Assembly: GCF_963676685.1 (NCBI RefSeq)
Contig: NC_092353.1
Location: 53,692,001-53,756,000, forward strand
From: Mytilus edulis
Taxonomy: Eukaryota
Direction of reading: 5' to 3'
DNA length: 64,000 bases
In this document: positions 24,070 to 36,534 of the stretch, one piece after another
Layout of the letters: the number at the start of each line of letters is the position of its first letter
Numbering within the stretch: position 1 is the stretch's first letter
Notes under the pieces: generated by a model
Told to the model about the DNA's origin: nothing
The model's database searches: none
What the model saw: the letters and a program-made list of their open reading frames with translations, nothing else
Translations under genes and position numbers: made by a program

Positions 24070-24522
24070 AGTGACTTTGTACTTTACAAAGTTATAAAAA
24101 TTTATTTGACTTTATTCAATATAATTCACAAAATTATATATATACACGGATCAACAATAATTTTTTATTCAATAAAAACTCAAGTCAAAAATAAATATAC
24201 ACGGAACACTATAAAAGCAAACTGCTCTTGTGTTTGTTTACATCCGTTTGTTTACATCTGTAAACAGAATCCAAGATGGCGACCAAATCTCGCCGCTGAC
24301 GTGACCTCGCTACCACTAAAGCAAACTTTTCAAAAAGTTTTTCCTCAGCCCAAAAACTATGCAAAAACGATGTATTTCTACTGACTTTCAACTAGAAAGT
24401 ATACCATCGGACCTGGTTTGTCTCCCTTAGACAAAAAACTTATTTTTAGATTTGACTGAAGGCACTCAAAATTTTGGAGTGATGCCAAAATGGCGTCCAA
24501 TCCCCTACAGGACCAAAATTTA

Positions 24523-24540
24523 AACCACCCGCAACTACCA
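24523..24540 (-). promoter_or_regulatory. Putative primer binding site
   Basis: Minus strand TGGTAGTTGCGGGTGGTT begins 1 nt after the 5' LTR. Cognate tRNA not assigned. Confidence 0.65.
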
Positions 24541-24541
24541 G

Positions 24542-24849
24542 TAAAGTGTTATTTGGCCTGTCTCGCTGAGCTCTATGGTTACCCGAGGGGTTGATACAAG
24601 CTATGCTTAGTGTAAGAGTGCCCTTACCTTCCTACAAGGTGTCAGTCCCAGCTAACCTCGTCTAGCCCCAGATATCAGGCGCATTGCCTTGCTCGTTCCG
24701 TGGTGAGAGAGCGATGTCATCGAGGAAGAGGCTGGAAGTACCCAACTGTTACGTCATGTCATGTGTCCCTTCGGATCCCTCGGTGATGTACCAGTACCCG
24801 TGTGACAGGTTGGGGAAACCCCCTAGAACTACGGGGCAATTACACTACA
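24542..24849 (-). repeat. 5' LTR
   Basis: Direct repeat of 18341-18648. Confidence 0.95.
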
Positions 24850-25654
24850 ATACCATAGAAATATCTGAATAAGTTTATTCAACTTAAATGCCCTGAATAT
24901 TAATATTTTTTAAGTAGGGCGAACGATCTCAGGGCGAACTTACCCAGGGCGAACATGTTATTGGGGCGAACAGTCCCGATACCGTTTGTTGTCTCTTTGA
25001 CATCATTCCACATTTCTATTCTCAATTTTATCAAAATACTTTTCATGTTTTACAATTCGTATACATTGTATGTACAAAAAATGAACATCATTGTTTTTAC
25101 TCATTTTTGACTACTTTATCAAAACAAAACGTTATTTACGGTCTCACTAATTAGCGACAAGAAGAATATTTGTTTATGATTCAAACCGATAATACATTGT
25201 ACATGTTGTACTACATGTATCTTATCTATGATTAACTTAAAGTCATATATATAGATAACAAAACAGTTGCAGTTTAATATTACATACATTTGTACATTTG
25301 TACATGACACAGGACAATCACTGACAAGTTTCAAGACTTGCTAGCCAGCTAGCAGTAACTGAAAGCCAGCACAAATACCTAATCTGTCGTACACTCTTAT
25401 TTTGCGGGTGGCTGTACCTCACTTTTTACATTAGATACCCTTTAACACCATATCATAAGGAAAACAATTGTTGATTTCTCTTAATCAAACATTTGGATAA
25501 CAATTTATAGAAAACTACCACAAGGGCCAGGGGATTTCCAGTTAGGGGAGGGAAATGTTCCCATACATTTTTGTAAGTCTTGCACTGGCGAAATGGTATG
25601 AATCAATAATCATGATATATACATTTTTGTAACTACAACAAGACGATACAATAT

Positions 25655-26040
25655 AAAAAAAGATGTGGAATTGATTGTCAATGAGACAACTCTCCACAAG
25701 ACACCAAATGACACAGAAAGTAACAGCTTAAGGTCACTGTACAACCTTCAACAATAAGCAAAGCCAATATCACATACTCAGCTACATTTACAATGTTACA
25801 TGTAAGGAAGGTCCCAAAATCACAAATGTACATGTAAAAAATTAAAACAAAAAAACTAGTAATTGCTGAATTAATAAACAAAAAAATGAACAAAAAACAA
25901 ATATCATTAGGCCTAGGTAACAAACAAAGCAACAAAGAAGAACCACTGAATTACAGGCTCCTGACCTGGGACTGGCACATACATATACAGAAAGTGGGAG
26001 GGGGGAAGGGTTAAACATCATTGACGAACCCTCACCCTTA
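25655..26040 (-). repeat. Degenerate copy of the abundant repeat ending ...gttgtctcattggcaatcataccacatcttc
   Basis: Similar to 29470-29605, 53110-53245, 57935-58430 and 59990-60900. Confidence 0.65.
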
Positions 26041-26314
26041 TTATAGATATATTTATTTTAGATTATGACAAGCAGTAACAAGTTTACAAATGAAGCTCTA
26101 AATATTCTGTTCAGAAAAAATAACTTTAGATGTTTTATTTTTGCAGAGCTACATTGTATGTACTAAGTTCATGCAAATAATCAGTTTATTTCTTTTTTTG
26201 GGGTTACATGTATATACATGTATGCTTGAAGATATTGATCTGATTATTATGATTTATCATGATTATTGTATAGTTTTTCCATGACAAGTTGCATATCAAG
26301 TGTAACGTTTGTTT

Positions 26315-27265
26315 CAAGGTTGGGCGGTAAATACCACCCCCGGTATTTACCAGTGGTATTTACCGGTATTTACCGCCCTGGACAATACTCCCCAAGTGGT
26401 CAATACTGGCAAATACTGGTCAATTGAAATTTTCATGGTTGTTTCTACTATAAATTGAAGTAAAATCTTGATAAAAAGTCAAATATAATGTGTCAGCTTA
26501 TAAAATTAATGAATTTGATATGTTTTATTCATTTATATAACACTTATTCTTACTGATTTAAAATTTAGTTTTTATGAATTATGATATTGCATATATACTT
26601 CATTGTACTTAAGATATATATATATATATATACAAATTTATATTTGATTTCAACATGTTTAAATCAATATATTTTTATTCAAAATCATGATTTTACAGGT
26701 AATTAAAATTAAAGGTAAATAAAACTACAGGTAAATGAAGTTACATGGGTCTTTTTACCTATCACCTGGCATTGCTATGTGTGAAAATTTAATTACTAAA
26801 ACAACAGCCTCCAATAAAAGTTGACAGTACATGGGTTGAAAGTAATAAAATTGATATATGAAGACTCCCTTAAACAATAAATTATTTCCTGTTTAAAACT
26901 ATTTAACTGTGAGATAAAAATCTTCTTCATGCTGGAAATGGAAATTTGAAGCAGGGACAAAAAGTTTTTATCTTTTACTATAATATTATGTACACATTAA
27001 TCTATATAGATCCCTGTTTGAATTTACAATAGAATTAGAAATGAAAGCATTAAAAATGATTTGAACACTTTCTATATAAATTAATTATTAATTGTATTTA
27101 TAATCGATCAAGTAGATAGTGGTTTTTATAGTAATGACCACTAAAAATTTCAATCGACTAGTATTTGCCGGTATTTCCCAGTATTTCCCAGTATTTCCCG
27201 GTAAATACCGGTATTTACCACTGGCATGGTCAATACTAGTATTGACCACTTTTTTGCCAACCTTG
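26315..27265. mobile_element. Non-autonomous hAT-type element (951 bp)
   Basis: TIR CAAGGTTGG...CCAACCTTG, 8 bp TSD GTTTGTTT (26307-14, 27266-73), subterminal ggtatttacc repeats. Confidence 0.85.
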
Positions 27266-28527
27266 GTTTGTTTCAGTTCAGACTATTTTATTTAAGCAGA
27301 AACTGATCTGGAATTATGGTCCAAAACAAGCATTTTTCATGTTTCATGGCAATAAATTGTGTATGTGTAGGATCTCTATAAAATTGTACCACTTTGTACA
27401 TGTAGCATTGTAAGTTCCATACCTCAAAAGGAAGATTTGGATTACTTTTTGGTGTAATGGACTAAACCTTGTTATAATTATGGGTAAAAAACAAGGATTT
27501 CTGGTACATGTAACCAAACATTAAACCCTTGAATAATATACATGTACATTGTGCATCATTTGTATATGTTCATACATTGTACATCTGAACGAATATATAG
27601 ATATAAGAAGATATGGTATTATTTCCATTCACCCAAGATTAAATGACATAGAGGTTAACATATTATAAAACTACAGGTCACAGTACATCCTTCAATAATG
27701 AGCAAATCCCATACAGTGTACCTTTCTATGGATCTCTATGAAATTGAGCCTCAAGGTTCGATACCAAAGTGGTAAAATTATAAGATCAAAGGGGTTTATT
27801 ATTGAAGTGTAAGGGAAAATTGTATAAAAATCAATTTCGAATGGTAACAATTTGAAAACTAATTTAATAATGACAAAAAGGGGGAGGGTCTTCAGTTACT
27901 ATTGTTAGATGACAATCATGACAATGATGGGATGACCTGCTTTTAGTTATTGTGCCAAATTTAATCAAACTTTGCCTCAATCATTAAAAGGGTATCTAAT
28001 GCTATTAATTGTGATTTTTAAAACAACAGTGAAGACAGGTGAGCGACACAGGCTCGACACAGGCTCATGATATTTGATACATGTAGATAATTAGTACAAT
28101 TCCAAGTCTAATACAAATAGAAAGAAATTCATGGATATTATAAGCTAATTGTTTTCAAAACTCTTTGAATAGTATTGTGTCCACATGCTAAATACTGTTT
28201 TCTCCCTTTCAGCAATATAACAAGAAATGGACAGAGGAGTTGACTATGGATTATGACTGATACTGGAATGAAGGAACCTATATGCAGTGTCAAATGACTC
28301 CATGCCTGACAGTCCATTTTTACATGTACACATGTACATAAAATGTATGTTGACAGCCAATGGTAAGTATTAATCTTCATCATACATGTACAAATGTATA
28401 TATACAATGATTGTATGTGCATCTCTGAGACTTACATTTCGCTGTTGTGTGGCTTCATTTCTGACCAGAGACTGATAATAATTAGATTATCCTTTATTTT
28501 ATCTTCAAATACATGTATTGTGTATTA

Positions 28528-28613
28528 CACAGCTACTTTTGCATAGGTACTATTTCTGTACTAAAATATGTAGTACTGGAAATTTAATTAGTACCTATGC
28601 AAAAGTAGCTGTG
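28528..28613. mobile_element. 86 bp micro-MITE with 25 bp perfect TIR and TA flanks
   Basis: TA-CACAGCTACTTTTGCATAGGTACTA...TAGTACCTATGCAAAAGTAGCTGTG-TA; longer degenerate relative at 29827-30155. Confidence 0.75.
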
Positions 28614-28687
28614 TAGTAACTACATATATGTACTTAATGACTTGCATTCATTTAACTTGTAATAATTATGATGCAGCAACCAACAAA

Positions 28688-29463
28688 AAGTGAGCTTTTC
28701 TGATCATCACTTGGCGTTCGTCGTCTGTTAACTTTTACAAAAATCTTCTCTGAAACTACTGAGCCAAATTTAACCAAACTTAGCCACAAATATCATTGGG
28801 GTATCTAGTTTAAAAAATGTGTCCAATGACCCACCAAACCAACCAAGATGGCCGCCATGGCTAAAAATAGAACATGGGGGTAAAATGTAGATTTTGGCTG
28901 ATATCTCTGAATCCAAAGCCTTTAGAGCAAATCTGAGGTAAGTTTGTTTATAAGGTTAAGATCTATCTGCCCTGAAATTTTCAGATGAATCGGACAACTG
29001 GTTGTTTGGTAATGTTGGTTGCTTCCCCTAAATTTGTAATTTTGAGGAAATTTTGACGTTTTTGGTTATTATTTTGAATATTATTATAGATAGTGATAAA
29101 CTGTAAACAGCAATAATATTCAGCAAAGTAAGAAATACAAATAAGTCAACATGACAAAAATGGTCAATTGACTCCTTAAGGAGTTATTGCCCTTTATAGT
29201 CAATTTTTAACAATTTACATTAATTTGGTAATTAACTTGTGTAAATTTTTTAAAAATATTTTCCTCTGTAACTAAACATTTCTAAAGGGCCAAGTTTATT
29301 ATGAATAGAGAAAATTGTAAGTAGCAAGAATGTTCAGTAAAGTAACATCTACAAACACATTACCATCACCAAAACACAATTTTGTCATCAATCCATCTGT
29401 GTCCTTTGTTTAATATGCACATAGACCAAGGTGAGCGACACAGGCTCTTAAGAGCCTCTAGTT
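28688..29463 (+). mobile_element. HINE/Helentron-associated element, one core unit
   Basis: Same head, core and aaggtgagcgacacaggctcttaagagcctctagtt 3' stem-loop as the 1930 and 31151 copies. Confidence 0.75.
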
Positions 29464-30159
29464 ACCTTGTATGCTGACTATTGGGTATGGGCTTTGCTCA
29501 TTTGTGAAGGCTGTACAGTGACCTATAGTTGTTAATGTCTGTGTCATTTTGGTCTCTTGTGGACAGTTGTCTCATTGGCAATCATACCACATCTTCTTTT
29601 TTATACTTAATGAGGATTGTGTACATGTATATCTATGAATTTTGTCAGATTGCGGTATTAAAAAAGTTTTGAGTGTTTAGCACATATATATAGAATGTCA
29701 TTGGAGTTTAGATTAATTTGATTTCTGATAATGGCAGAATGTTTTGAATATTAATGACATTGCTTCATAGTGCTGATCAGATTACCTTTAATTGATTACA
29801 TGATATACAATGTACATGTACATGTTCACTGCTACTTTTGCAGGTACTATTTCTGTTCTAAAAAATTATAGTACTGGACATTCTGTACATGTATTTTACA
29901 GTACTTGTCTATTTCAAATTTCTTAAAGTTATGATTTTCCAACATGGAATATTGTGATCACTGTGGGTATTATTTCTATACCAAATTTTATTATTTCTAT
30001 ACCAATTATATTAGTACAAAAAAAAAAGTACCTAAAATTACAATAATTTTAAAGTTACAAAATAGTACTGAATATTAAAAGTGGATTTCCAGTAATACAT
30101 ATTTTTGGTACAGTCTCAGAAATAGTACCTATCAGTCTATGCAAAAGTAGAGGTGTACA

Positions 30160-30626
30160 TTTTTTATGCCCCACCTACGATAGTACCACCTACGATAGTA
30201 GAGGGGCATTATGTTTTCTGGTCTGTGGCTCCGTTTGTCCGTCCGTCTGTGGTTCCATTCGTCCGTCCAGGTTAAAGTTTTTGGTCAAGGTAGTTTTTGA
30301 TGAAGCTGAAGTCCAATTAACTTGAAACTTAGTACACTTGTTGCTTATGTGATGATCTTTCTAATTTTTAAGCCAAATTAGACTTTTGACCCCAATTTCA
30401 CGGTCCACTGAACATAAAAAATGAAAGTGGGAGTTTCAGGTTAAAGTTTTTGGTCAAGGTAGTTTTTGATGAAGCTGAAGTCCAATCAACTTGAAACTTA
30501 GTACACTTGTTGCTTATGATATGATCTTTCTAATTTTAATGCCAAATTAGATAATTACGGTCCATGGAACATGGAAAAGGATAGTGCGAGTGGGGCATCC
30601 GTATACTTTGGACACATTCTTGTTTT
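30160..30626 (+). mobile_element. Second HINE-like family with (gtcc)n microsatellite and two ~170 bp core repeats
   Basis: tttttATGCCCCAC head with a 5' hairpin (aggggcat), gtccgtcc tract, caggttaaagtttttggtcaaggtag repeated at 30268 and 30437, subterminal GTGGGGCAT, T-rich flanks. Confidence 0.7.
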
Positions 30627-31150
30627 GTAAATGAATAGAATTTAATTGTTGAAGATTGAAAATTTTTAGTAATTTAAAAATAAGGAGATGTGGTAAGATT
30701 GCCAATAAGAAAATGATCATGATCAGCCATGTTCAACATGAAGGGGATGCAAGCACTTTTAGGCCACTTTTATTATGACCTTCAACAATGAACAGAACAA
30801 TACAGCTGTTAATGATCCTGACAAAATGTGCAACAGTTCAATCTAGAAAACTAGTATTTGTCATTTTGCTAGTGATGTTCACTTATTGGTTGTAAAAAAA
30901 AATCCATTGTTTTCTCTGTTAACGTTGCAGTCTGTGCCAAACTGACTAGGGACTGTCTGACCGAAAGAGAAATTTGATTTTTTCCCTCTATTATGTCTGT
31001 ATGTCAACCAAAAAATCTAAAAATTTCTGTGAGTGTTTGACCTAATTATCCGATTCACTGCTCTTGGCAAATATTTTTTACAACAGTTGGTTGTGTGAAT
31101 CTGACATATGTCTAAGGTAAATGAATTTTCAGTTGTATTCCTATTTTTTT

Positions 31151-32024
31151 AGCTCACCTGTCCCGAAGGGACAAGTGAGCTTATGCCATCACTTGGCGTC
31201 CGTCGTCTGTCGTCGTAAACTGATTCAAAAATCTTCTCCTCTGAAACTACTGGGCCAAATACTTTCAAACTTTAAATGAATGTTCCTTAGGGTATCTTAT
31301 TTATAAATTGTATCCGAAGTTTTGATCTATCAACAAACATGGTCGCCATTGCTAAAAATAGAACATAGGGGTCAAATGCAGTTTTTGGCTTATAACTCAA
31401 AAACCAAAGCATTTAGAGCAAATCTGACGTGGGTATTATTGTTTATCAGGTCAAGATCTATCTGCCCTGAAATTTTCAGATGAATCAGACAACCTGTTGT
31501 TGGGTTGCTGCCCCTGAATTGATAATTTTAAGGAAATTTTGCTGTTTTTATTTATTATCTTGAATATAATTATAGATAGAAATAAACTGTAAACAGCAAT
31601 AATGTTCAGCAAAGTAAGATCTTCAATTAAGTCAATTTGACCAAAATTGTCAATTGACCCCTTAAGGAGTTATTGCCCTTTAAAGACTTTTTTCACAATT
31701 TGTTCATCATGTTAACTTACTTTAAAAAATCTTCTCCTTTGAAACTGCTGTATCAATTTCAGCCAAACTTAGGCTAAATGAGTTTCAGAGTATCTAGTAT
31801 AAATTTTGTATTTTATTTCCTTGTATGTCAAGAAACATAGCTCCTATGGCTAAAATAGAACATAGGAGAAAATGATTATTTTTTTTGGCTTTTGAAGAAA
31901 ATAGGACGATCCAAAAAACATTTAAATAAATTGAAAAGCCAAAATAATCATTGATGAGAGATTTAACTAAAAGAATTAAGGTGAGCGATTCAGGCTCTTG
32001 AGAGCCTCTTGAGAGCCTCTTGTT
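31151..32024 (+). mobile_element. Full-length HINE/Helentron-associated element
   Basis: ttttt-AGCTCACCT, 5' hairpin tgtccc-gaa-gggaca, cgt microsatellite, subterminal AGGTGAGC, 3' hairpin aggctc-ttga-gagcct (duplicated). Confidence 0.8.
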
Positions 32025-34269
32025 ATTTGGAAAACATTTATCAGGTTCAGGGCTTATATATTTATAATAATTAATCATGTTAATGGAATTTAAATTTTAA
32101 GAATTACATATTTGTAGCTCCCAAGATGTAAGTGGAAGTGAAGCTATACAATTAAATGAATGAATTGATTAGATATACATGTAGAGGAGACCCTAGAGCA
32201 ACAGTACATGTAACTTAAACTGGTATGTATTTGTTACAGTATTTGTAGTCAAAATGGTATATAACAAAGATGCAGAATCCTGTCATGCCTGTGCAAATTT
32301 AAAAAGGAGTCCACACAAACTGACAAAATAAAAAAAATACTATCAATCAACAGATCAATGGTAGAGTTAATCTGCTATATACATGTATGGAATTAGGCAT
32401 TTAGTTACCATTTTTAGTCCATATAAATTTATGAGAATATAATTTTATTATCTGTATTTCCTAGGATTTCAATTCTTATTTCATATTGATATTCCCATGT
32501 GTTATGCTTGTTGTTTGAGGAAAATTATCAAAAGAGCTTGACCAAGATTAAACAATTACTGGCATCATCAATCATGCCATTTTTGTCTTGTCTGCAACTG
32601 ATTGTATAGTGTACATGTCTGTCTGGGCAGGGTTCATCTTATTATGACCTGATATTCATGGTTCATTGGTCAATAATAAGTTTCATATTTTGGTCTGTTC
32701 GTTGTATACTATATCATGTATATACAAGCTATAATTAATTAAGAGATCAACTATATTTGGTGTAGGTAATGATTGCAAGGTGCACATGTCTGTCTGGCTT
32801 GGTTTTTCTGACCTTGGACTTGGTATTATTTGCTTGACAGTATTTGTTTTATGGGTCATGATTGGTTATGTTAACTGGGTAAATAATAATCACCATCAAA
32901 TCACCAATTGATCATGTCAAAGCTTAAAATACAATACAGTTATCTCCTTTTATAAGTTTGATAAATCATTGGAGATTAAACATGTTAAATTGATGTAATC
33001 TTTTTTGCTCGACTACAAATACAAACATGCTGATTTTGTTATATTACAGGAACTGTAGGAAGTATTCCAAGAGTCTGATTGCTAAGTATGCATTACAGGA
33101 TTTTATTATTGGAGCAACATCTTAGGAGGATAAGTGCAAATGTATGAAGGAATCCTTGGGAACAAAAAGCAATTATATGCAGAAGAGGAGTCTTAAACAT
33201 TATTAACAGAGTCAATGTAGTGGTGTATTCAAGAAGTGTGAACCAACTGGAATTAACTATTGTGTATATTTTTTCAACCTCAAGTACTTTCAGAATTATA
33301 CATGATTATAATACAATTCAAATTATTGTGTCAACATACATGTTACAGTAAAAAATAAAAATGTTTTAAAATGAATTTTATATAAAAAAATGATATAACA
33401 AATTTTTTTAGCTTATTGTGCAGCCAAGCTTTGAGATCAACATTATGCATTAACCTTAAGATCAGGGTTAAAATGAGAAAAACAAACAATTTTTGCATAT
33501 ATGAAATAAGAAGTAAATGATTGTAAATTACAGAGACTTTCAATATGGTACATTTGTATATCAGCTATATTTCACAGAACTTTCTATTTTAGTTTATTAG
33601 TACAATAGATATGAGGTAAACATCAATCAGACAGCAATGAATACTACAACCAAAAACACATGAAGGCATTTAGGTTCTAACATGCAGTCCTCAACAAAAG
33701 ACCGGTGTCTTAAAGATATGCCACGATCTATGAATCGAGAATAGCCATCAACATCAAATTCTTTGAATATTTTCTTTTAGTTATGATGAAATTTAATACA
33801 ACCACTGAAACGCTTTAAATGGGTACATGCATATGTTGTGAGGTTAACTGTTTTTTCTTCTTTAAAACCTTCTTAAAAAGAATTGGCATCTTGTGCAGGT
33901 ACTTTTCCATATTATGTGATTGGTTTGTATCAAAACTGATGACCACACAATATGACTTATTCATACATACATAATAAAAATCAACTGAAATGAAATATAC
34001 ATCAGTGCAAACATCTCCTATAAAGTCCATAAATTATTTACAAATAAGGATTGAGACTCCAACACAACCAAAATAGTTCTAGGAGTGAACTACATGTAAG
34101 GTGCCCTGAATATTATTTATAACCTGTGAGGATTTTATTGCTTTCTTTGTTTAAGACCAAAACATTTGGAAACAAAGAAAGTAGAAATAGGATGGAAGTA
34201 TGAGCACATGGTCAAGACTAAGAAGAATGTTAAATAAGCTCAAATCCTGTGAAATTTGTGTGATTGAGG

Positions 34270-34560
34270 CTGAATTCACTTTAATTTCATTTTTTTTAAA
34301 AGAAGCTCGATTCACGTTTATTTCACGTGAAAAGTTCACGTGAGTTTCACGTGAAGGCTCAATTCACGTGAATTTCACATGTAAAATTTCACGTGAATTT
34401 CACGTTAATCTCAATTCACGTGAATTTCACATCAGATTCACGGGAAATTCACGAGAAAATTTTCACGTGAGTTTCATGTATAAGCTCGTTTGAGGTGAAT
34501 CTCACGTGAAAAATTTCACGTGAAATTCACGTGAATTTCACGTGATATTTACGTGAACAA
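34270..34560. repeat. Right subterminal array of ttCACGTGaa units
   Basis: Directly visible. Confidence 0.9.
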
Positions 34561-34826
34561 AATTTGCCTGTGTAATATTTAAATTTATCGATGAAGTTCT
34601 TTTTTTCTGATTTAACATTTAAAAACGTGTTGATTTGCATGAAAGATATGCATGAATAGCATTAGACGCCTTTTCCATAGACGTAAAAAGTCTCCCTTCA
34701 GAGTTAATTTTTTCACCTAAATTTAAAACTACTTGATAGATTTATACAATTTAAACTTTGGTGAAATAAAGTACCAGTGACATGGACCATAATAACATTA
34801 TCTGTAGTTTAAACCTTTATTTTCAG

Positions 34827-34915
34827 GCGTTAAAGGAGATGGATCCATGTGGTTTACCAGTTTGATGATCATGATTGTTGGTATTGGGATCTTCTTTTTA
34901 TTTCGAGGAAGTTAA
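34827..34915 (+). pseudogene. Probable terminal exon (hydrophobic TM/GPI signal) of the 10460 pseudogene
   Basis: Acceptor tttattttcag|; the phase-1 join to 11666 gives ...ANDN-G-VKGDGSMWFTSLMIMIVGIGIFFLFRGS*; AATAAA about 20 nt after the stop. Confidence 0.65.
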
Positions 34916-36534
34916 TATCATTGGACCCTATAGTGAATAAACATCATAAAAGCGCACATTTATTTCGTTGAACATTTACTCTAAAGATATTGAACTTATA
35001 TACGGACAAGTGGTATAAAATGAAAATAATACTTTATTAATTTCGTGCGTATTTTTTTTTCAAAAATACATTCCAATGGCAATTTCATATAACAAACTAT
35101 ATATGTAACTGCCACGATTATATACAAATACTCTGTAAATTGTTGAAATATGATTTAATTTTTTTTTGCATTTATTTGATTTTTAATTTCAAATCCTTAG
35201 ACTTAAATTTAACTCTATATGCTTAAATTAGGTTTGTTACATTTTTTTCTATTGAAAACTTGATGTATTTACCTAAAGAAAATAGTTAGGTTATGATATT
35301 TGTTGTCTTATCACATTTACTTTTTTCATTTACAACGCAGCAAGTGACACTACTTAAGCAGGACCTCCTCTGTGTTTGTTACTGCCGCATTAAAATAAAT
35401 ATCTCCTTCGGGTACAGGCAAGTGCAAACAAACGAAAAAAACAATTTCTTCGCCAGAACATATATTGACGAAATCTTTGTCTTCTTTTGTTTTTCTGTTT
35501 TTTTCTTTTTATAAACCGCAGCATTTCTTCATTATGCAACTTCTTTGCTACTCTTGTTTGCTTTAAAATGAATAAAAACTGGAAGAACACAAGTATTAAA
35601 ATTTGAACTTGACATTCAACAGAAACAATAACTTCGTCCATTCTTTTTCAAGTATGAGTATCGGTGTATTAACACATACATTTTATCAATTATTTTCTAT
35701 TTATACACAGTGTTTACAGTTTTACGGTTAATTAGGTCAGATCGATTACGTTTTTTTTTTGTAGTGTGAACGCAGTGGTTCAGATTATACCGAGAGAGAT
35801 CGTTGGGAGTAAAGATAATGTGAACGCTAACTGGTTCTATTTAGATAGATTCAAATTAGAACAAAAAAAAAATGCTAGTGTTGATGAAGAATCATACAAG
35901 CATCTCCTGCATATAGAAGTTATATGTCCTAGTTGATACAATATTCCAGAGACATTATTTCCTATCTTGATTACCTTGATAAATGGATATTACTTTCAAT
36001 GTTGTACTGTACTTAAACAAGGATTGTGAGTGGTGAAGTTAAAGTCATCTTTCGAAAAATTTGCAGACGCCTGCATGAAGTGGTTGATTGTTATGAAACA
36101 TATGTTTCACAGACGACGAATATGATCCAATTTTCGTTTTCCTTTCTTCGAATGTGACATTACATAATTAGACTTATCACCAACTGTGTTTTGACACGAA
36201 CAGCATGACGTATAGATCAGGATATGCTTACCCTTCAGGACTTAGAATGTTTTTTCTGCGGTTCATGTTGCTCTGTCATAAGATTTCATCTTCATGTTAT
36301 TGTTTTTGTTAATACTGTTATTTAGTTTATTGATATTATGTCATCTAACGACCAAACGCCAAACAACGCCGTGGTGTAGTGGTTAATGCATCGGACTACT
36401 AACACAAAGGTTCCTAGTTCGATTCCCGTTGGGATGAAAATTTCAGGGACTGAATTTTCGGCGCTCCCTTGACACCAATTGCGACTATGGTCTTGAGGAA
36501 ACGATGATAGTCCGTCGGAAGGAGACGATAAATG

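Larger units (their letters stand above)
18341..24849 (-). mobile_element. Young Ty3/Gypsy-like LTR retroelement lacking RT/RNase H/integrase (6509 bp)
   Basis: Two 308 bp LTRs identical by eye, 4 bp TSD ATAC (18337-40, 24850-53), PBS-like TGGTAG next to the 5' LTR, PPT next to the 3' LTR, one Gag-protease ORF. Confidence 0.95.
17803..24983. mobile_element. MULE-like MITE (~668 bp when empty) interrupted by the LTR element
   Basis: 9 bp TSD GTTTGTTGT (17794-17802, 24984-24992); imperfect termini GAATCCGGG/CCCGATACC; gttcgccctg repeats on the left and cagggcgaac repeats on the right. Confidence 0.75.
14236..34572. mobile_element. 20.3 kb DNA transposon-like element, CMC/EnSpm(CACTA)-like, apparently non-autonomous
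   Basis: TIR CACAGGCAAATTTTG(C/T)TCACGT at 14236 and its reverse complement ending at 34572; TA on both flanks (14234-5, 34573-4); subterminal ttcacgtgaa arrays at both ends. No transposase ORF seen. Confidence 0.8.

Noticed and set aside
32118-33250. Exon-like blocks inside the 20 kb element (32118-32222, 33050 onward; also minus-strand 28436-28471) as transposase remnants
   Set aside because: Splice-like ends are present, but the frames contain stops or are too short and I recognise no transposase motif.
36368-36440. Functional tRNA gene
   Set aside because: A and B boxes are present but the anticodon and acceptor stems do not pair, and the sequence continues into a SINE body.
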